Source: Armatimonadota bacterium
GTDB taxonomy: Bacteria; Armatimonadota; SYMT01
Length of the DNA stretch: 12,726 nucleotides
Direction of reading: 5' to 3'
NCBI GenBank assembly: GCA_046292385.1
Contig: JBKBRF010000083.1
Span: 1-12,726 of the forward strand
Shown here: positions 9,557 through 12,726 of the stretch, piece after piece
How the letters are laid out: the number at the start of each line of letters is the position of its first letter
Numbering within the stretch: the first letter of the stretch is position 1
Made by a program: the position numbers and the translations under genes
Notes under the pieces: model-generated
Seen by the model: the letters and a program-made list of their open reading frames with translations, nothing else
Databases searched by the model: none
Told to the model about the DNA's origin: nothing

Positions 9557-9602
9557 GACTTCCCCGGGGCCGGATCCCACTGGATCTTCAGCCCGTTCTC
9601 AT

Positions 9603-9628
9603 CGCTGGCTGCGCTACCGCACTCCCCA
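9603..9628 (-). repeat. Degenerate additional REP copy
   Basis: Minus strand TGGGGAGTGCGGTAGCGCAGCCAGCG. On + it is followed by AGACTTCCCCG, as is the REP ending at 9556 (72-bp period). Confidence 0.65.
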
Positions 9629-9666
9629 GACTTCCCCGCGTGCGGCTCCCGTCGGGCGGGAGGCGA

Positions 9667-10197
9667 TTAGAAGTCGTCGATGACCCGCACCCGGTCGGTG
9701 GGAAAGCTCTGAACCAGACGGTAGATGTCGATGCGGGCCTCTTGCCGAAACCACCCCGCGGAACACCACCGATACGTCTCCGGGTCCGCTGCCAGGCCGT
9801 GCTTCACCGGATTGTGGTGCACGTAGTTGAGGCGCGCCAGGTACGAAGTCTGGTGCGTCATCAGCGTGTCCCAGTACTGGTACCAGACCCGTCTTCCTGG
9901 CGTGCCGTCGAGAGCATTCAGCGCCCGCGCGGAGGCGGAGTGAAGATGCCGGATGAACACCCCCAGCCGTGATGCGTCTTTCGGAGCTTCCGAGACGAGG
10001 TGGTAATGGTTGGAGAAGATCGCCCACGCCTGGATCCGGAGCTCGTAGTCGTCCGCGAGCTGCAGGAGGGTGTCGTGGAGCAGGTCGAGCCGCTCCGCAT
10101 CGTGAAACAGGCGGGACTTCTGGTAGGTTCCAGCCGTGATCATGTACGCGCCGGACTCGCTCAGCGCATGTGCAGGAGCGTGGTACCATCGCCTCAC
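9667..10197 (-). CDS. REP-associated tyrosine transposase (RAYT/TnpA-REP, Y1 HUH superfamily), 176 aa
   Basis: GAYMITAGT first strand, HUH motif AWAIFSNHYHL, VWYQYWD, and catalytic helix LNYVHHNPVKHGL followed by YRWCS. GTG 10197 has GAGAGGA upstream. The track's 65 extra N-terminal residues are translated REP DNA. Flanked by REPs. Confidence 0.9.
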   Translation of the reverse strand: MRRWYHAPAHALSESGAYMITAGTYQKSRLFHDAERLDLLHDTLLQLADDYELRIQAWAIFSNHYHLVSEAPKDASRLGVFIRHLHSASARALNALDGTPGRRVWYQYWDTLMTHQTSYLARLNYVHHNPVKHGLAADPETYRWCSAGWFRQEARIDIYRLVQSFPTDRVRVIDDF

Positions 10198-10244
10198 GGA
10201 TAGTTCCTCTCTCGGTGCAGAATCGCTCCCCTCCGGTAGCGGCC

Positions 10245-10391
10245 TGTGGAGTGCGAATGCTTGCTTTCGCGCCCCGCGCCAGCGGGGCACCGATAGCAGC
10301 AGCCGTTTTCGGTAATCAACCGCCGTCTTGCGGGAACCGCACTCCACGTCGAGGAGCCCTACCAAGCGGTGGCAAGCCACCGCACTCCACA
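10245..10391. repeat. REPIN-like module 2, upstream of the RAYT, same orientation as module 1
   Basis: Same TGTGGAGTGCG...CGCACTCCACA ends and same two REP hairpins. The spacer contains an extra mini-REP at 10330-10347 (minus strand GTGGAGTGCGGTTCCCGC). Confidence 0.9.
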
Positions 10392-10439
10392 AGCTTCACC
10401 GCAGGCGGCTCCCGCTGGGTGGCGGATGCCGCACTACCG

Positions 10440-10919
10440 CTACCCGGCGGCTGGCTCATATGAATCCAGCAAGGCGGAGAACTGCGCTTCCTCCGCGTCC
10501 TGCTGTCCTCCGGTCACCCCGCCGTGCTTGCGGAACCAGCGCAGGATTCCGAGCCAGCGTCGCTCGGTGTACGCCTTCCCCACGAAGAGCCCGATCACGG
10601 AGTGGACCAGCATGAGGGTGAGCACGACCCAAAACACCGGGATCAGGTAGATCACCGTGAGGTTGGCGCAGCCGCACATCATCCGCCCCGAGATGTAGCA
10701 GAGCCCCTCCCAGAACGAGAGGCCCTTCAAGGAGCTTCGCCACCAGACGAATGCGAGGGGGATGAGAGTGAACGGCAGCGTCTGTGCGAAGGCGATCAGC
10801 GCCTTCTCCTCGCCGCCGCCCTTCGACGGGATGGCGTCGATTGCCGCTGCGAACGGCACGAAGCCGACGATGATCAGCAGGACCACCGCCGCCATCGCCG
10901 ACCGGGACACGGGGAGCAT
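10440..10919 (-). CDS. Hypothetical membrane protein (about 3 hydrophobic segments)
   Basis: 159-aa ORF with hydrophobic stretches AAVVLLIIVGFVPFAAAI, LIAFAQTLPFTLIPLAFVWW and LTVIYLIPVFWVVLTLMLVHSVIGLFVG, plus AAGGA upstream. No family recognised. Confidence 0.7.
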   Translation of the reverse strand: MLPVSRSAMAAVVLLIIVGFVPFAAAIDAIPSKGGGEEKALIAFAQTLPFTLIPLAFVWWRSSLKGLSFWEGLCYISGRMMCGCANLTVIYLIPVFWVVLTLMLVHSVIGLFVGKAYTERRWLGILRWFRKHGGVTGGQQDAEEAQFSALLDSYEPAAG

Positions 10920-11069
10920 ACTTCGTGGTCCTTTCGCGGTCAGTGGAGCATCTCACAGAAACCTTCGGCCCGGTTGGTTACTCGACCTCCATTGCGGGGA
11001 CGCAGCTGCAACTGCTGGGGATGCGCGGTTTCTTAAGCGGGGAAGGAACTCGCGCCGGAGAGCTTGCCG

Positions 11070-12467
11070 ATGCACCGTCAGAAGCCGGGAACGTACCACG
11101 TCCACCGCACCGGGATCTACCGGCGGGAAGTGCTGCAGGTCGGGCTGCTGGGGGCGCTGGGGCTCTCGATGGAAGGCGCCTTCGCGGCGCAGGTCGACCG
11201 GGCGGCGAAGGCGGCGCGGGCGAAGCGGGTGATCCTGGTCTGGATGCCGGGCGGGCCGCCGCAGATGCAGCTCTGGGACCTGAAGCCGGACTCCCCCTCC
11301 CAGTGCCGGGGGACGGCGGTGCCGATCAAGACGAGCGCACCGGGCGTGGAGATCGGCAGCCGGCTTCCGCTCACCGCGAAGGTGATGCACCACTGCAGCA
11401 TCGTCCGCACGCTGACGCTCGACGCGGAGGACGAGAACCACATCCCGGGGCACCAGGAGGTGCTGGCGGGGGTGAACCGCATCTCCTCCACCTTCCGCAG
11501 CTTCGCGACGCGGAACGACTGGCCCTCGATGGGCTCCGTCATCACCGCGATCAAGCCGAATGGGGACGGGATGCCGACCGCCGTCCACCTTCCCTACCGG
11601 ATCCGCTTCGAGGGCGCGCCGGTGCCGGGGGAAGGCGCCGGCTGGCTCGGCAGCAAGTACGATCCGTGGGTGATCGAGGGGGATCCGAATGCGGAGGGCT
11701 TCCGCGTGCCGGACCTGGTGCCGATGGCCGGGTTTACGGTCGACCGCCTCGATAGCCGCAAGCGCCTCCTGGAGCAGGTGGAGGGACACCGCCGCGACCT
11801 GGATGCCGACCTGAGCATCCGCCAGCTCTCCGACGTGCAGCAGCGCGCCTTTACCGTGGTCACCTCCGCGGAGACCCGCCGCGCTTTCGACCTCGCGAGC
11901 GAGCCCCAGAAGCTGCGGGAGCGGTACGGACGGCACACCTTCGGGCAGTCGCTCCTCCTCGGGCGGCGCCTGGCGGAGGCGGGCGTGAAGTACGTGCAGG
12001 TGAACCTCGGCAACCTGAACGCGTGGGACTACCACAGCCGGGAAGACGCGCTGATGGACACGATGATGCCGCAGTTCGACCAGGCGTTCAGCGGATTCGT
12101 CGGGGACCTGCACGAGCGCGGCCTGCTGGACGACACCCTGGTGATCTGCACCAGCGAGATGGGACGGAACCCGGTGCTGGGCAAGGCGGTGACCGGCGCC
12201 GCGATGAACGCGGCGGAGCCGGACGGCCGCAACCACTGGCAGTGGGTCTGGAGCGGCGTCTTCGCCGGCGCCGGCGTGCGCGGCGGGACGGTGGTCGGCG
12301 AGAGCGACGAGTGGGCCGGGCACCCGGTCACGAAGGGCTACATGCCGTGCGACCTCACCGCCACGGTCTACCACTCGCTCGGCATCGATCCCCGCACCGA
12401 GGTGATCGACCTCCAGGACCGTCCGATGGCGGTGAACCAGGGGGAGCCGATTCGGGAGCTGTTCTGA
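11070..12467 (+). CDS. DUF1501 domain-containing protein with Tat-like leader
   Basis: YRREVLQVG twin-arginine leader, AKRVILVWMPGGPPQMQLWDLKP, RERYG..TFGQSLLLGRRLAEAGV, WDYH, GLLDDTLVICTSEMGRNP, GRNHW and AGAGVRGGTVVGESD motifs. ATG 11070 has GGAG 9 nt upstream. Confidence 0.92.
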   Translation: MHRQKPGTYHVHRTGIYRREVLQVGLLGALGLSMEGAFAAQVDRAAKAARAKRVILVWMPGGPPQMQLWDLKPDSPSQCRGTAVPIKTSAPGVEIGSRLPLTAKVMHHCSIVRTLTLDAEDENHIPGHQEVLAGVNRISSTFRSFATRNDWPSMGSVITAIKPNGDGMPTAVHLPYRIRFEGAPVPGEGAGWLGSKYDPWVIEGDPNAEGFRVPDLVPMAGFTVDRLDSRKRLLEQVEGHRRDLDADLSIRQLSDVQQRAFTVVTSAETRRAFDLASEPQKLRERYGRHTFGQSLLLGRRLAEAGVKYVQVNLGNLNAWDYHSREDALMDTMMPQFDQAFSGFVGDLHERGLLDDTLVICTSEMGRNPVLGKAVTGAAMNAAEPDGRNHWQWVWSGVFAGAGVRGGTVVGESDEWAGHPVTKGYMPCDLTATVYHSLGIDPRTEVIDLQDRPMAVNQGEPIRELF

Positions 12468-12610
12468 GCGTCGGAATTGCTGCCTCGGGGGCTCTCATCA
12501 TCCCGCGCCATCGTCTCCCGAGCCGACTGTCCCACCCCGAGCCCTCTCTCCGGGAGCACTCCCTCCCGCGTGCGGGGCAGAGCCTGGGCTTTTCACGCCC
12601 TGCGGGCTAG

Positions 12611-12726
12611 CCCAAGTTCCGCAGTTGGTGGTGGCAGATTACTGCCACCACCTTTTTTCGTGCCTGACTGGCGGTTGCGCTACGAGGTCTCCACCGAGTT
12701 ACAGGCATGGCTGCCGCCGCATTGCC
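12611..12726 (+). mobile_element. Opposite (probably left-hand) end of the same or a sister insertion sequence, truncated by the window edge; CTAG (12607-12610) then IR CCCAAGTTCCGCAGTT
   Basis: The IR is the exact reverse complement of 101-116 and abuts CTAG. The interior differs from the left-edge copy, as expected for IRL versus IRR. An ATG at 12707 may start the transposase (unverifiable). Confidence 0.7.
12627..12658 (+). terminator. Strong intrinsic terminator immediately inside the IS end
   Basis: GGTGGTGGCAG-ATTA-CTGCCACCACC-TTTTTT: 11-bp perfect stem plus six T. Confidence 0.85.

Noticed and set aside
9412..10391. Possible CRISPR array from the 37-bp and 48-bp repeats
   Set aside because: Only two copies of each, about 830 bp apart, with no regular repeat-spacer periodicity and no cas genes; a REP/RAYT system explains them.
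10198..10392. 65-aa N-terminal extension of the RAYT in the ORF track
   Set aside because: It is translated REP module DNA; a GTG with a good RBS at 10197 gives a normal-length RAYT.
12552..12620. c-di-GMP-I riboswitch-like segment (GCAGAGCC...AGCCCAAGTTCC) before a terminator
   Set aside because: No GNRA-capped P2 or GCAAA motif, and its 3' part is the IS terminal repeat.
12660..12726. ZTP-riboswitch-like words TGACTGGCG and CCACCG
   Set aside because: Lacks the GGGGAGC and CGCCTGGGC elements, lies inside the inferred IS end, and is truncated by the window edge.

Overview
High-GC bacterial window whose two edges are the ends of a probable insertion sequence. Positions 101-121 and 12606-12626 are a perfect 21-bp inverted repeat (16-bp terminal IR plus a CTAG target plus one base), with 116 bp of element sequence outside it at each edge. 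This suggests a contig broken at two copies of a multicopy IS, possibly IS1634-like. The left IS end interrupts a pilin/pseudopilin-like reading frame. Between the ends lie a DUF3592-type membrane protein, a PAS-PAS-GAF hybrid histidine kinase, and rho (long C-rich leader, own terminator hairpin). Divergent from rho is an hsp20-clpB heat-shock unit whose sigma70 promoter overlaps a HAIR/HspR-like operator. The hsp20-clpB spacer holds a ~200-bp element bounded by inverted heptamer arrays. Further right are a REP-associated tyrosine transposase (RAYT) between two directly repeated GGAG-type REPIN-like modules, two small membrane proteins, and a Tat-signal DUF1501 gene. No rRNA, tRNA or CRISPR array was seen. 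All family calls come from motif recognition by eye; no database search was run.
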